A stretch of DNA of 64,000 nt from the human T2T-CHM13v2.0 reference genome, Homo sapiens, in the NCBI RefSeq assembly GCF_009914755.1, contig NC_060933.1. One strand, written 5' to 3'. The translations under genes and the position numbers were made by a program. Below, piece by piece: positions 1 to 12,700 of this stretch. Under the pieces are notes generated by a model. The model was not told where the DNA came from, did no database searches, and worked only from the letters and a program-made list of their open reading frames with translations. How positions within the stretch are numbered: position 1 is the stretch's first letter; the number at the start of each line of letters is the position of its first letter.

Positions 1-808
1 CCCTGACCATGGGAGCATCCAAGATAAACACACTTTTTAAGTCCCCGTTTGGGAATTATGAAACCCTGCTCTTTTTTCCTCCCCTTCCAGCTGCTGCTGA
101 CCATTTAGAAGTTACAGTTTGACTGTGTTGGTCCATTGCAGGAGGATGAAACAAGGGTGGGTTGTTCCTGTTGCCAAATTAGTACCAAGGAAGATAGGTC
201 CTAACTTTCCAGAATTGAAGCTAGGAGTATGTTTTCCTGAAGATGTTTCAATAACAATGCCTCTCATCTATTTTTAAAATTTGAATTTATAAAGTGCTTT
301 TATGTGTATTAATTCACTGAAGTCTGTATTAAGTTTTTTAAATGGCACAGTAGGCTCTCAATAAAAACCAGTTTAATGAATGACTATTTATAAACTGAGG
401 CTCAGAGAAGTTTCCCAAAGCTCTACAGATGATTCTAAAACCAAACTTGAAATCAGGTCTCTGGTTCTCCTCCCGACTCCATATCCCCTTGGTCTCAAAC
501 AGAAAGAGTCTGTTACAGATGATGTTTAGTGTCTATAGAATTATTAATACCAGAACTCTGCTATACAATGGGTCAAATAGGCTTTTGAGGCCTGGCCTGA
601 GGTCTTAACAAGAACAGATAACATTGTTTCAATGGAAAAATCAATTTTGAATTAGAGCATAATTCATCTGCAAATTGTGACAACTTGGGTATATATCCGT
701 CTTTCCATATAGATATATAATAGAAAAATGCTTTTTAATATAATGATTTATATGTATTGATTAAAAAATCATACACACATTTCTGTTTCTAGAAATTTTG
801 TGCTTTCT

Positions 809-1014
809 CATGGAAACATAGAGGGGAACAATAGACTCTGGAGCCTACTAGAGGGTGAAGAGTGGGAGGAGGGAGAGGATCAGAAAAAATAATGAAAACT
901 AGGCTCAATACATGGGTGATGAAATAATCTGTACAACAGACTCCTGTGACACAAGTTTACCTATGTAACAAACCTGCGTGTGTACCTCTGAACTTAAAAT
1001 AGAAGTAAAACAAA
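809..1014 (+). mobile_element. 5'-truncated L1 3' end (older L1PA, about L1PA13-16)
   Basis: L1 3'UTR motifs (gggtgatgaaataatctgtacaac, gtttacctatgtaacaaacctgc) and an A-rich tail. 18-bp TSD agaaatt(t/c)tgtgctttct at 791-808 and 1015-1032. Confidence 0.9.
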
Positions 1015-3128
1015 AGAAATTCTGTGCTTTCTGTGTACCTATATCTCAACAGAATGCCATGAATTGGAAAGAGTACATGATATGGTTTGGCTGTGTCTCC
1101 ACCCAAATCTCAACTTGAATTGTATCTGCCTGGATTCCCATGTGTTGTGGGAGGGACCCAGAGGGAGGTAATTGAATCATGGGGGCCAGTTTTCCCATTC
1201 TATTCTAGTGATAGTGAATGAGTCTTACAAGATCTGATGAGTTTATCAGGGGTTTCCGCTTTTGCTTCTTCCTCATTTTCTCTTTCTGCCACCATGTAAG
1301 AAGTGCCTTTTGCCTCCCGCCATGATTCTAAGGCTTCCCCAGACATGTGGAACTGTAGGTTCAATTAAAACTCTTTTTCTTCCCAGTCTGGGGCATGTCC
1401 TAATCAGCAGCATGAAAACTAACTAATATAGTAAATTGGTACCAGTAGAGTGGGGCGTTGCTGAAAAGATACCCGAAAATGTGGAAGCGACTTTGGAACT
1501 GGGTAATGGGCAGAGGCTGGAACAGTTTGGAGGGCTCAGAAGAAGATAGAAAAATGTGGGAAAGTTTGGAACCTCCTAGAGAGTTGTTGAAAGGCTTCGA
1601 CAAAAATTTTTATAGTGATATGAACAATAAGGTCCAGGCTGAGGTGGTCTCAGTTGAAGATGAGCACCATGTTGGGAACTGAAGCAAAGGTGACTCTTGT
1701 TATGTTTCAGCAAAGAGACTGGAGGCATTTTACCCCTGCCCTAGAGATTTGTGGAACTTTGAACTTGAAAGAGATGATTTAGGGTATCTGGCCAGAAGAA
1801 ATTTCTAAGCAGCAAAGCATTCGAAAGGTGACTTGGGTGCTGTTAAAAGCATTCCATTTTAAAAGGGAAACAGAACACAAAGGTTCAGAAAATTTGCTGC
1901 CTGATGATGCAGTGGAAAAGAAAAATCCATTTTTGGGGAGAAATCCAAGCTGGCTGCAGAAATTTGAATAAGTAGCAGAGAGCCTAATGTTAATCCACAA
2001 GACCATGGGGAAAATGTCTCCAGGCCATGTCAGAAACCTTCATGGCAGCCCCTCCCATTTCAAGCCCAGAGGCTCAGGAGGAAAATGCCAGGGTCTCTGT
2101 GCTGTGTTCAGCCTAGGCATTGGTGCCCCGTGTCCCAGCTGCTCCAGCTGTGGCTGAAAGGGGCCAACATAGAGCTCAGGCTGTGGCTTCAGAGGGTGGA
2201 AGCCCCAAGCCTTAGCAGCTTCCATGTGGTGTTGGAGCCTGTGGGTACACTGAAGTCAAGAATTGAGGTTTGGGAACCTCTGCCTAAATTTCAGAAGATG
2301 TATAGTAATGCCTGGATGCCCAGGCAAAAGTTTGTGGCAGGGTCAGGGCCCTCATGGAGAACCTCTGCTAGGGCAGTGCAGAAGGGAAATGTGGGGTCGG
2401 AGCCCCCACAGAGTCCCTACTGAAGCACTGCCTAGTGGAGCTGTGAGAAGAGGGCCACCGTCCTCCAGACCCCAGAATGGCAGATCCACCAACAGCTTTT
2501 ACCATATGCCTGGAAAAGCCGCAAACACTCAACGCCAGCCTGTGAAAGCAGCTGGGAGGGAGGCTGTACCCTGCAAAGCCACAGGGGCAGAGCTGCCCAA
2601 GACCATGAGAACATACTTTTTGTATCAGCGGTACCTAGATGTGAAACCTGGAGTCAAAGGAGATTATTTTGTAGCTTTAAAATTTGACTGCCCTGCTGGA
2701 TTTTGGACTTGCATAGGCCCTGTAACCCCTTTGTTTTGGACAATTTCTCCCATATAGAACGGCTGTATTTACCCATACCTATATCCCCATGGTATCTAGG
2801 AAGTAACTAGCTTGCTTTTGATTTTACACCTTCATAGGCAGAAGGGACTTGTCTTGTCTCAGATAATACTTTGAAACTTTGAATTTTGGGTTAATGCTGA
2901 AATGAGTTAAGACTTTGGGGGACTGTAGGGAAGGCATAATTGGTTTTGAAATGTGAGGACATGAGATTCAGAGGAGCTGGGGCAGAATGATACGGTTTGG
3001 CTGTGTCCCCACCCAAATCTCAACTTGAATTGTATCTTCCTGGATTCCCATGTGTTGTGGGAGGCACGCAGGGGGAGGTAATTGAATCATGGGGGCCAGT
3101 CTTTCCCATGCTATTCTCGTGATAGTAA

Positions 3129-4679
3129 TGTGTCCAGAATTGGTGGGTTCTTGGTCTCACTGACTTCAAGAATGAAGCCGCGGACCCTCGCGGTGAGTGT
3201 TACAGCTCTTAAGGTGGCGCGTCTGGAGTTTGTTCCTTCTGATGTTCGGATGTGTTAGGAGTTTCTTCCTTCTGGTGGGTTCATGGTCTCGCTGGCTCGG
3301 GAGTGAAGCTGCAGACCTTCGCGGTGAGTGTTACAGCTCTTAAGGCAGCGCGTCTGGAGTTGTTCGTTCCTCCCGGTGGGCTCGTGGTCTCGCTGGCTTC
3401 AGGAGTGAAGCTGCAGACCTTCGTGGTGAGTGTTACAGCTCATAAAAGCAGCGTGGACCCAAAGAGTGAGCAGTAGCAAGATTTATTGCAAAGAGCGAAA
3501 GAACAAAGCTTCCACAGTGTGGAAAGGGACCCGAGCCAGTTGCCACTGCTGGCTCGGGCAGCCTGCTTTTATTCTCTTATCTGGCCCCACCCATGTCCTG
3601 CTGATTGGTAGAGCCGAGTGGTCTGTTTTGACAGGGTGCTGATGGGTGCGTTTACAATCCCTGAGCTAGACACAAAGGTTCTCCACATCCCCACCAGATT
3701 AGATTAGCTAGATACAGAGTGTGGACACAAAGGTTCTCCAAGGCCCCACCAGAGTAGCTAGATACAGAGTGTCGATTGGTGCATTCACAAACCCTGAGCT
3801 AGACACTGGGTGCTGATTGGTGTGTTTACAAACCTTGAGCTAGATACAGAGTGCCGATTGGTGTATTTACAATCCCTGGACTAGACATAAAGGTTCTCCA
3901 AGGTCCCACCAGAGTAGCTAGATACAGAGTGTCCATTGGTGCATTCACAAACCCTGAGCTAGACACGGGGTGCTTATTGGTGTATTTACAATCCCTGAGC
4001 TAGACATAAAGGTTCTCCACGTCCCCACCAGACTCAGGAGCCCAGCTGGCTTCACCCAGTGGATCCTGCACCGGGGCTGCAGGTGGAGCTGCCTGCCAGT
4101 CCCACGCTGTGCGCCCGCACTCCTCAGCCCTTGGGTGGTCGATGGGACTGGGCGCCATGGAGCAGGGGGTGGCGTTCGTCGAGGAGGCTCGGGCCGCACA
4201 GGAGCCCACTGAGGGTGTGGGAGGCTCAGGCATGGCAGGCTGCAGGTCCCAGGCCCTGCCCCACAGGAAGGCAGCTAAGGCCCGGCGAGAAATCAAGCGC
4301 AGCGCCGGTGGGCTGGCACTGCTGGGGGACCCAGTACGCCCTCCGCAGCCTCTGGCCCGGGTGCTAAGCCCCTCATTGCCCAGGGCCGGCAGGGCCGGCC
4401 CGCTGCTCCGAGTGCGGGGCCCGCCAAGCCCACGCCCACCCAGAACTCCAGCTGACCTGCGCGCGCAGCCCTGGTTCCCGCTCGCGCCTCTCCCTCCGCA
4501 CCTCCCTGCAAGCTGAGGGAGCAGGCTCCGGCCTTGGCCAGCCCAGAAAGGGGCTCCCACAGTGCAGCGGTGGGCTGCAGGGCTCCACAAGTGCCGCCAA
4601 AGTGGGATCCCAGGCAGAGGAGGCGCCCAGAGCGAGCGAGCGAGGGCTGTGAGGACTGCCAGCACGCTGTCACCTCTCA
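3129..4679 (-). mobile_element. Solo LTR12C-type (HERV9) LTR, 1551 bp
   Basis: On the minus strand it starts TGAGAGGTGACAGCGTGCTGGCAGTCC and ends CCAATTCTGGACACA. It has a GC-rich U3, tandem CCAAT-containing repeats and U5 repeats. 4-bp TSD GTAA at 3125-3128 and 4680-4683. Confidence 0.95.
3482..3985 (-). promoter_or_regulatory. LTR12C enhancer/promoter core: multiple CCAAT (NF-Y) boxes, GATAAG, AATAAA TATA-like box (3568-3573), second AATAAA (3482-3487)
   Basis: Plus-strand attgg at about 3604, 3775, 3816, 3857, 3935 and 3976. The minus strand reads gggccaGATAAGagAATAAAagcaggc, the known ERV9 LTR promoter layout. Confidence 0.8.
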
Positions 4680-5829
4680 GTAATGAGTCTCACACGATGT
4701 GATGGGTTTATCAGGGATTTCTGATTTTGCTTTCTCCTCATTTTCTCTAGTTGCCACCATGTAAGAAGTGCCTTTCACCTCCGGCTGTGATTCTGAGGCC
4801 TCCCCAGCCATGTAGAACTGTAAGTCCAATTAAATCTCCTTTTCTTCCCAGTCTTGGGTATGTCTTCATCAGCATGTGAAAATGAACTAATACAGTACAT
4901 GTTTGTGGATGGCCTTGAGGGCCAGATTCTATAACTTGCTGATGATTATTAACCTATATTTCTCTGGCTTTATGGGGAACATGTCTGAATCTCGGCATGT
5001 CAGTAGGAGATGGAATGCTTTATTGAATTATACTCTCAAAATCTAGATAATTTAATACAGTTTCTTGAGTGTGGCACACCCCACTCCAATTTTGTGAATT
5101 AATGCTGTAGTGAGTCATTGTTATTAAGGTGTGTATTTCACCCCACAGAAGTGTTGGGTCATGGAAAAAGAAAGGGAATATTATTATAGTAAAATGGTTT
5201 TTGAGCAAGGGAATGGCATGAAGCTCAGGGCATTATATTTGATAAGTATTTCTTGAATGAATGAAAGAATAAAAATTGCTTTAAGAAAATTTATCTAGCA
5301 GCAGTGTGCAGAATGGTCTGGTGGAAAGAAGCTAGATATTAAAAGGCTATTCAAAAGAATTGATGCAAGAAGGTAATGTGACAATAAGAAGGAAGAATGG
5401 GGCTATGAGAAATATATGAAGGAAAGCAACAGAACCTGGTAACAAGAAAAGGGAGAAGTCAAAGATGTTATGAAAAGTCTTGTTATAGGTAAGAGAAAAA
5501 CACTTTTTCAAGACATCTTTAAGTATTTTTAGCTTAAGGTGAGAATTGGAGATATAACCACAATTTCAAGTTAGAAATTCCTGGCCTTGCCACACACAAA
5601 GAGATAAATTCAGTAGTTGACACTATGGAAAAGGCCTGTATGAAAGGGTGTACTAGATCTGGTTATTGGTTCACTATTGATACCTCCTTTGAAACAGTGC
5701 CCACTAAAAATTGTGTTATGGATAGTACTAAGAATAGTCCCCTTATTCAACAATTATTTATTACTGTGCTCATTCCTATCTCAGGGTCTTTTTATTTTAT
5801 GTTGGCCTGGCTTGCAATGCTCCTTCCTT

Positions 5830-6090
5830 GGAAGATTTTATGGGTCACTCCTTACTTCATTCTCTGCTCAAATGCCATGGTCAGACAGACCTTACTTTAC
5901 CATCTGTAGTCAGTCTCTAATCTTATATTCTGCTGTATTTTTCTCCATTGCACTTGTCTCTGTCTAATAATAATATATTACGTATTTATTTGTTTGCATG
6001 TCTTATTTTCTATCTTCCCTGCTAGAATGGGAGTTCTTTGAGAGCCTGGGCTTTGCTATTTTATTTACTGCTGTATTTTCAGTCAGTCTC
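5830..6090 (+). mobile_element. L2 LINE fragment
   Basis: Degenerate L2 3' region (tctctgctcaaatgcc...ctagaatgggagttctttgagagc). Confidence 0.6.
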
Positions 6091-6574
6091 ATATTGAGCA
6101 TGCAACCTAAGAATCTGGGCCTTTCTGATTGGATTAAGGGAGGACATATAATTTGGGGTGAGGGGAAACCAATGTGGGTTAAACCAATCAGATATCTGGA
6201 TAATTTGAACTAAGAGATATAAGAAATGTAGTCAGATAAATTGATTAGAGTTGTAAAGTCATATAGAGTCAGGCTAAGTCCTATCATAAGAACCACATCC
6301 ATGGAGAAGCTATGGCAAGGCAGAAGAATCAGCTGGTATCCCGAGAGGAGTTTGTAGCAGATGTGAAGTGAGAAACTGAGAGAAGAGCCATTGGGCCCCA
6401 GAGCAAGGGAAAAAGAGAGGTGCTACCCAAACACCTTCTGGTGGTACAGCTCAGCTATACTTCATGCATTTCTATTTCATGTCATTTTCCTGTAAGATTT
6501 CAGCACAAATTCCCTGCTTTTGAGCTTCATGGTGGGAGTTTCTCTTCCTTTGCAACAGAACATCCTTTGACATA

Positions 6575-6938
6575 ACAATCCAATAGAACTTCCTATGGAA
6601 ATGAAAATGTTCTATATCTATGTTGTCCAATATAGAAGTCACTACCCATATGTTCCCATTTAAAAATTTTTATTTAAAATTAAAAAAATATTTTATTTAA
6701 AAATTTTTAAAATTTATATTTTTAAAATTTATTTATTTTAAATTTAAATTTAAATTTTTAAAAAGTTTTTTATTTTTGTGGGTACATAGTAGGCATATAT
6801 ATTTATGGGGTACATAAGATGTTTTAAACACTTGAAATGTGATTCATGTGCTTGAGAAACTGACTCAAATTTTATGTAATCTTATTTTAAATTCAAGTAT
6901 CCATATTTGGGTAGAGGCTATAATATTAGACAGCACAG
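6575..6938 (+). mobile_element. MER3 (hAT-Charlie) DNA transposon interrupted by an L1 tail fragment
   Basis: ccaatagaactt...atgttctatatct...tgtccaata on the left and cacttgaaatgtg...attagacagcacag on the right. Confidence 0.75.
6658..6825 (-). mobile_element. Short L1MA-type 3' end with decayed A/T tail
   Basis: ttttgtgggtacatagtaggcatatatatttatggggtacat preceded by a pure A/T tract. Confidence 0.7.
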
Positions 6939-9230
6939 TACAATGGTGATTATTATAAGGGATCAAGGACAAGAAGCATAATCAGTAAAAGACAATGAAA
7001 GGACAGGGGAAAAAAACAAGGAAAACAATGACGGTGTCACAAAACTCAAGTAGAGGGTGTTCTGCAGCACAAGTAACTACAAAAATGTTAAGATGAGTGT
7101 AGTAAAATCCCTTCGGTAACAGTGTTTTTTCTTTTTTAATGGAAGCAAATCTGATTTTAAACAGCAAGGGCTAGGTAAACAAACCAAGAAATAACCCATT
7201 CAAAGGCAAACTATCTAGCCATTACAAATAATGGAGAAAAATATTTGCGATATGAGAAGCGGTTTATAATGTATGAATATGTTAGGGAAATCCATAAAGT
7301 AGGATGGCCCCAATTTTATAACACACATATATGAGTAGATCTTTTGGTTGTGTATTTATAGGTGATTTGGATTCTTTGGCATTTTATTAAATCTTAGAAT
7401 TATCCACAAAGAGCATAGATTTTTTTATAATCAGAAATAAAGGAATAAATGATGTGCTTAGCACAATAAAATGGCTGCATCTCTTTATCTTTCCTTATGA
7501 ATGAAAGTGACAGCAAATACAGCTACTAAGAATTAATGACTCTACATTTCTAAAGTTAGTAAGACTTTATCTCATTTTTCTCCCAACCCCACTGGACACA
7601 TTTTGAGATATCTTACTTTATAGTTGTTAACTGCAATTATAGATAGGCTGGCAGTACAGCAGAAGTTGATGAAACTTCTTAGTAGAAGGCAGAAGAAGAT
7701 CTTTTTGGTGAATTAATCTACATTTTCCACAGTCAAAAGACCAGGAATGAAGTAATAGCTGCTTGGAATCCTTTCTTGTCTTGTGAGACTGGATTCCTAG
7801 GATGCTTCAGCCTAAAGCTGTATTTTGGAGACCACTAGATGGCTCTCTGTGTCTGTGGCCAGGTGAAGGCACACTAGATAAATTCGGATCTAGATTTATC
7901 ACTCATGTTCAGGTCACATTGAAGCATTTCTTTATGTGTATAACACAATGTGTGAAAAGACTCAAATTAACTCCTCCTGTATCAGCAACACAATAACATC
8001 TCTCTGTGTGTGGATCTGTGTATATATTTGCTCCCATTATTACATTTACAATATATAGAAGCAAATTATTTGTTTAAAGGAATCTCTGTTTAAGAATGTC
8101 TGGTTGGGACTGAAAAAATAGCACTCCACAACTAAGCCAGATTGTGATTCTGTTAGACAAAGACATGCTGAATGTTGAACTTTACGAAAACAAAAACTTT
8201 TCTTTTTAATCTGGGGAGTATTAACACAACTTCTGTTTGGCTTCTAGTTGAGGCCTTCTGTCCAAAAACACCCATAGATTGCATGCAGGTTGTACTGCCA
8301 TCAAAGTGCTTGCTACTGCCCCAAATGTTCAGTAAGTTCAGCTAATGACCACCCCTGGCGGTGAGGAGAGGAGTGACAACCCATTTCTAAGTTATTCCTA
8401 AGAATGTTTTTGAAAGGTACAAGTTGAGCTATTGTTTGGAACCGTAGAGACTCAGCCACTTGCAGTGTGATGAAAATATAGACTGCAAACACAAAGGAAA
8501 ATCTCACCTTTTAAATAGAAATAGCATAATGCTCAAGTTTCAAAAGCCATGTCAAATCTGCATTTTCAGAAAAATTTTTAAAAATTACTTTTTTCTTTAT
8601 TTCTCCTGTTCTTTGATGCCAGTGCCCAGTTAGAGTGATAACAGGGTTTTTCTTAATTGTACTCCACTGTTACTAAAATTTCAACCATTATCCTTGAAAG
8701 AATAAAAAGCATTAAATGCGACTCAGGGTTAATCTGTGTAAATGCACAGGTAGTAGTGCATGGGCACTGCTTTTATAATCAGAAAAGCAATATGCATCTA
8801 GAAAGTCCCATGAAGTTGTGTGCATCAATTTTGATATAGTCCGCATCCAGTAAAATATGGAGATTTTGCTTCATGAGGTGTCCCATTTCTGAAAGCCCTG
8901 GCCTATAGCAGTGCTACTTTCCCTTAATCTTTGGGTTAATGTAAGCCATATTGTTACTGTGATACAGATGAAGCCCGTATGAAAAAGGGGAGACTGCTGA
9001 ACCTTGAATCCACGTCCAGGTAGACTCTGCCCTTTCTAACAAGAATCCCCAAATACCAACTGGGTTGTACTTAGCAGTGAGTGGAATCACCAAGCTTAAC
9101 CTTTCTCGACATTTTTCTCCAGATGCAAAGTGTATAAGCTGAAATGGAACCTGCCTTCCAAGGATAAGGTGGGCCAGATCCCTTTCTATCTTTTTGTCAC
9201 CTCCTCCCTGCATAAGTCTGTGTGGGCAAT

Positions 9231-9726
9231 TGTATTCATTTCTTGTTGTTGCTGTAACAAACTACCAAGAACTTAGTGATTTAAAACAACACACACTTAT
9301 TCTCTTATTACTTGTGACTAGAGGTCATAGTCTGAAATATGTTTTGCTGGGCTAAAGTCAAGGGTGGCATTCTTTCTGGAGCCTCTGAGGGGAAAACCCA
9401 TTTTCTTGCCTTTGAGTTTCTAGTGACTGCCTGTATTTGTTGACTTATGGCCTCTTCTCCATCTTCAATGTGTGTCACTCCAGTCTCCGCTTCCTTTATC
9501 ACATTGTCACATCGCCTTGTCCTCTGACCTTGACTTCTTCTGCCTCCTTCTTATAAGAATCCTTGTGATGACATTGAGTACACCTGGATAATCCAAGATA
9601 CCCTTTCTATCTCAAGATGCTTAACATAACCACATCTTCAAAGTCCTTTTGGCCATAAAAAATAACATATTCACAAGTTTTGAGGATTCAGATTTGGAAC
9701 TCTTTCAGGTACTCAGCCCTACCACA
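9231..9726 (-). mobile_element. MLT1D-like MaLR solo LTR
   Basis: tgtattc...gctgtaacaaactacc...aaacaacac start, cctggataatccaagata, and ...accaca end. Confidence 0.8.
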
Positions 9727-12700
9727 CCAAAATAAGCTCACTCCTGTTTCATAAGCTCATATCTGTTGTCCTCCATCTCTTCTGCCACTTCTTTCTTTTG
9801 TTTGCTTAGATGGAAGATCAAGATTTAGAATTAAGAAATGCCACACAAACCTGAAGCCCAAGTCGTATGTCCCAACTCAATTTTTTCTAAAGACCTATGC
9901 AGCAGGGCACTGGGCATTAATGCATTTATTAATAAAATGAAACTGTCATTTCTGTTCTATTGTTCCCTGAGTTTAGTTCCTCAGAGCCTCCTATGAGAAG
10001 TTATAGCAATAGTTAGGAAAGACTTATGAGTTCCTCACTAAGACCACCTAATAGACCAAAACATGCTTCTTCTTAACCTTGATGTAACTGCTGCAAAACT
10101 CCAACCACCCTGAACCCATATAAAGGAGCAACTAGGTAAAACTGGACTTCAAAGTTCACTTCTTTGCTGACCTACTTTGCACACACTTAAATTGCGGGTA
10201 CACTTCAGTGAACCAGAACTCTAAGTGGGACTTCAAAACAGCAGATTTCTTCATTTTTCTCAGGGTTATTTTGCTGGAGCTGGAAGTCCTAAGCCTGAAT
10301 ATTATAGACACATTGCGAATGCATAATAAGGTAGAATATTTGAGTTCTTTTTCTGATTAGTTTTTATGAATCTTGCCACGTCAACACTTTATGCTAAAAG
10401 AACAATTATCAACATCATAAGAACACACTGCTCTAGGTACATATGGTGCAGTCCTCACCATAAACTTATAAGATAATCACATTTTATGACTTAATAAATT
10501 GAAACATGGAGACATCAGGTATGTTTTCCAAGGTAGGATGTCTAAAAAGTTGTACAGCCAAGATTCTAACATAGCTCTGAACTTCTCAAAAATGTAATCT
10601 CTTAACTCCCACCTTATATTTCCTCCATCATATGTTATAATTATCTCATTTACATTATAATGGTAATAATATTTTTCTGGCTCTCCTCACAAAGTAACTG
10701 TGAGGAAAAAATTATAAAAGAGATGAGAGAGGGCTTTGATACATTTAAACATACACTACAATTTATTCTTTCTAAAATATGTATTTTCATACTGAAGTAT
10801 TGAAAGTCTAGATGAGAAAGTATAAAGACAACTTATCTTTTTTCTCTTATTATTTTTTAATTCTGTAGGTAAAAATGATTATTTTTAGAAAAATAGATGC
10901 ATGAATAGAGAAAAATGTAGATTTTCACCCTCTATAATCCCTGTTAAGATTTTTATAAACAAAGTTCTAGACTTCATATTTTACAGGAACAAGGTCACAC
11001 TTTACATACATTTTTGTAAAATTTTTCTATCTTTCTGTGTCAATAAATATATCCTCATTTTGAATGAGTACATTGTACTCCGTTAAAAAATGATTCAATT
11101 AATTACATTTCCATCATTTTGAACATTATTATATAATATGCTTTTAATAGTCCAACCTGGAAGTAGATACTTCTCTCTTTTATGCCTTTTCTTATGGGAT
11201 ATTACAAAAGCTGTGATGGATCCAATCTGTTCTTTGGTTGAAGGCTGACAAATAGACGAAGTTAAGAAGGTGCTATTAGTCTGTTTTTCTTCTGGATGGC
11301 TTCTCACTTCTACAATGCATAGTTCTTTCTATTTCTCCATATTTTGTCTATACATAGTCATTTGCTTTACAGGGCTGTTAGGAGATTATTTAAACATATT
11401 TGTGAAAAAGCCTTGAAAAACATAAATGCTGCAAAAATATAATATGATTAAAATTCTTCCTAAATCTATGCTTCAAATGAATAACAATGAGGTGTAATTC
11501 ATCCTGACTGAAAAAGGAGTCATCCTGCTTAATTCTCTACCACATGAACCCTTGCAGGCTCATCTCCATTAACAAACCAGCCCTGGCCAATCAGACACCA
11601 GCCTTTCAATGTCAAAGTTTACTCCTCATGACATAATGCCAGCCAGGTCAGGGATCAACCCACTTTTTCAAGGCAGGAGATCAAATACAGTTGACAGTCT
11701 CCCTGAAAGTGCATGAATCTTACACAATTAAATAAAATATCTGAGAATTTGGCTGAGGTGTCAGGTTGAGGAAAGGAGAAGGAAATGGAGAGAGTTGGCT
11801 TACTCTTAGCTCACCTCTTCCCCATTGCTCTTTGCTCCTGTGATCTCATAGAGAAAATATCAGCAAAAGACAACTGAGAGGTTAAAAATTTCTATGAGTT
11901 TGTCATTCAAACATTCACTCAAAAAGTAATATGGCAGATGCTAAGAGATGTTCTTTCTTCTTGCCTAGTTTTATGGATTTGGCATCATATTTCTGGTGCT
12001 ACATAGGTCCTCTATTCTTGTGTATATGTGGCAATAGCCAGAGCTAGCAGAAAAAAAGACAATGAGATTTCTCATCTCTATATTTACTGTTGCCACTAAA
12101 ATGAGCAATACTTTCCTAAGAGAGTATACAGTTATCTAGGGCAATGGGACTCAAAGTAGCTGGTTTGTAAATTATATATCCATGATGAGATAAGGAGCTT
12201 AGGTCAGTATGAATCAACACACTGCTTTCCTTATCAAGAAAGTTTGCTATGAAAAAATTTGGATGTTTGCTTTGTGGTGTAGTTGGCGGAATAGGAGTGA
12301 GAGTGGGGTAGACTCTGTATGGTCATAATTTCCTGAATGATAGTTTGCCTATAGAAAAAACTTATGAGCAATGTGAAGGACCAACATTTCTCAAATATCT
12401 TGGGCATCTTAATGATATTTCTATGGCAGGACTTAAGGCTCTAGAAGCTGTGTTAGATGTGCCATAGGTTAAAAGTTGCTGGTAATACAGAAACAGTACT
12501 GTGGCATGTCTTCTTTTTCCAGGCAAGTGTGCAACCTACTTAGGAACCTAGTTTTTTGTTTGTTTGTTTATTTCTAAGCCCACTTTTTTTTAAGAGAAAA
12601 AAATGAGGGAGAGGGTAAAGAGGAAGGTGTAAGGGGAATGCAAACATTTTACATGTGAATCATATCTCATTTTGATTAGTAATTTCGAAAAGAAAATTAG

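Larger units (their letters stand above)
1078..4894 (+). mobile_element. Full-length THE1A (ERVL-MaLR) provirus: 5' LTR 1078-1430, internal 1431-2987, 3' LTR 2988-4894 split by LTR12C
   Basis: Both LTRs start TGATA(T/C)GGTTTGGCTGTGTC and end AATA(T/C)A. The internal region starts gtaaattggtaccag and a polypurine tract precedes the 3' LTR. Perfect 5-bp TSD GTACA at 1073-1077 and 4895-4899. Confidence 0.95.

Noticed and set aside
1458-2757. Several ORFs of 60-164 aa
   Set aside because: Fragmented remnants or alternative frames of the THE1A internal region, not a host gene.
3640-4030. Regularly repeated units superficially like a CRISPR array
   Set aside because: These are the known tandem U3 enhancer repeats of LTR12/ERV9. 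There are no unique spacers or cas genes, and the DNA is human.
3945-4673. Cluster of overlapping ORFs up to 221 aa on both strands
   Set aside because: All lie in the GC-rich U3 of LTR12C. The stop-poor composition explains them and no protein family is recognisable.
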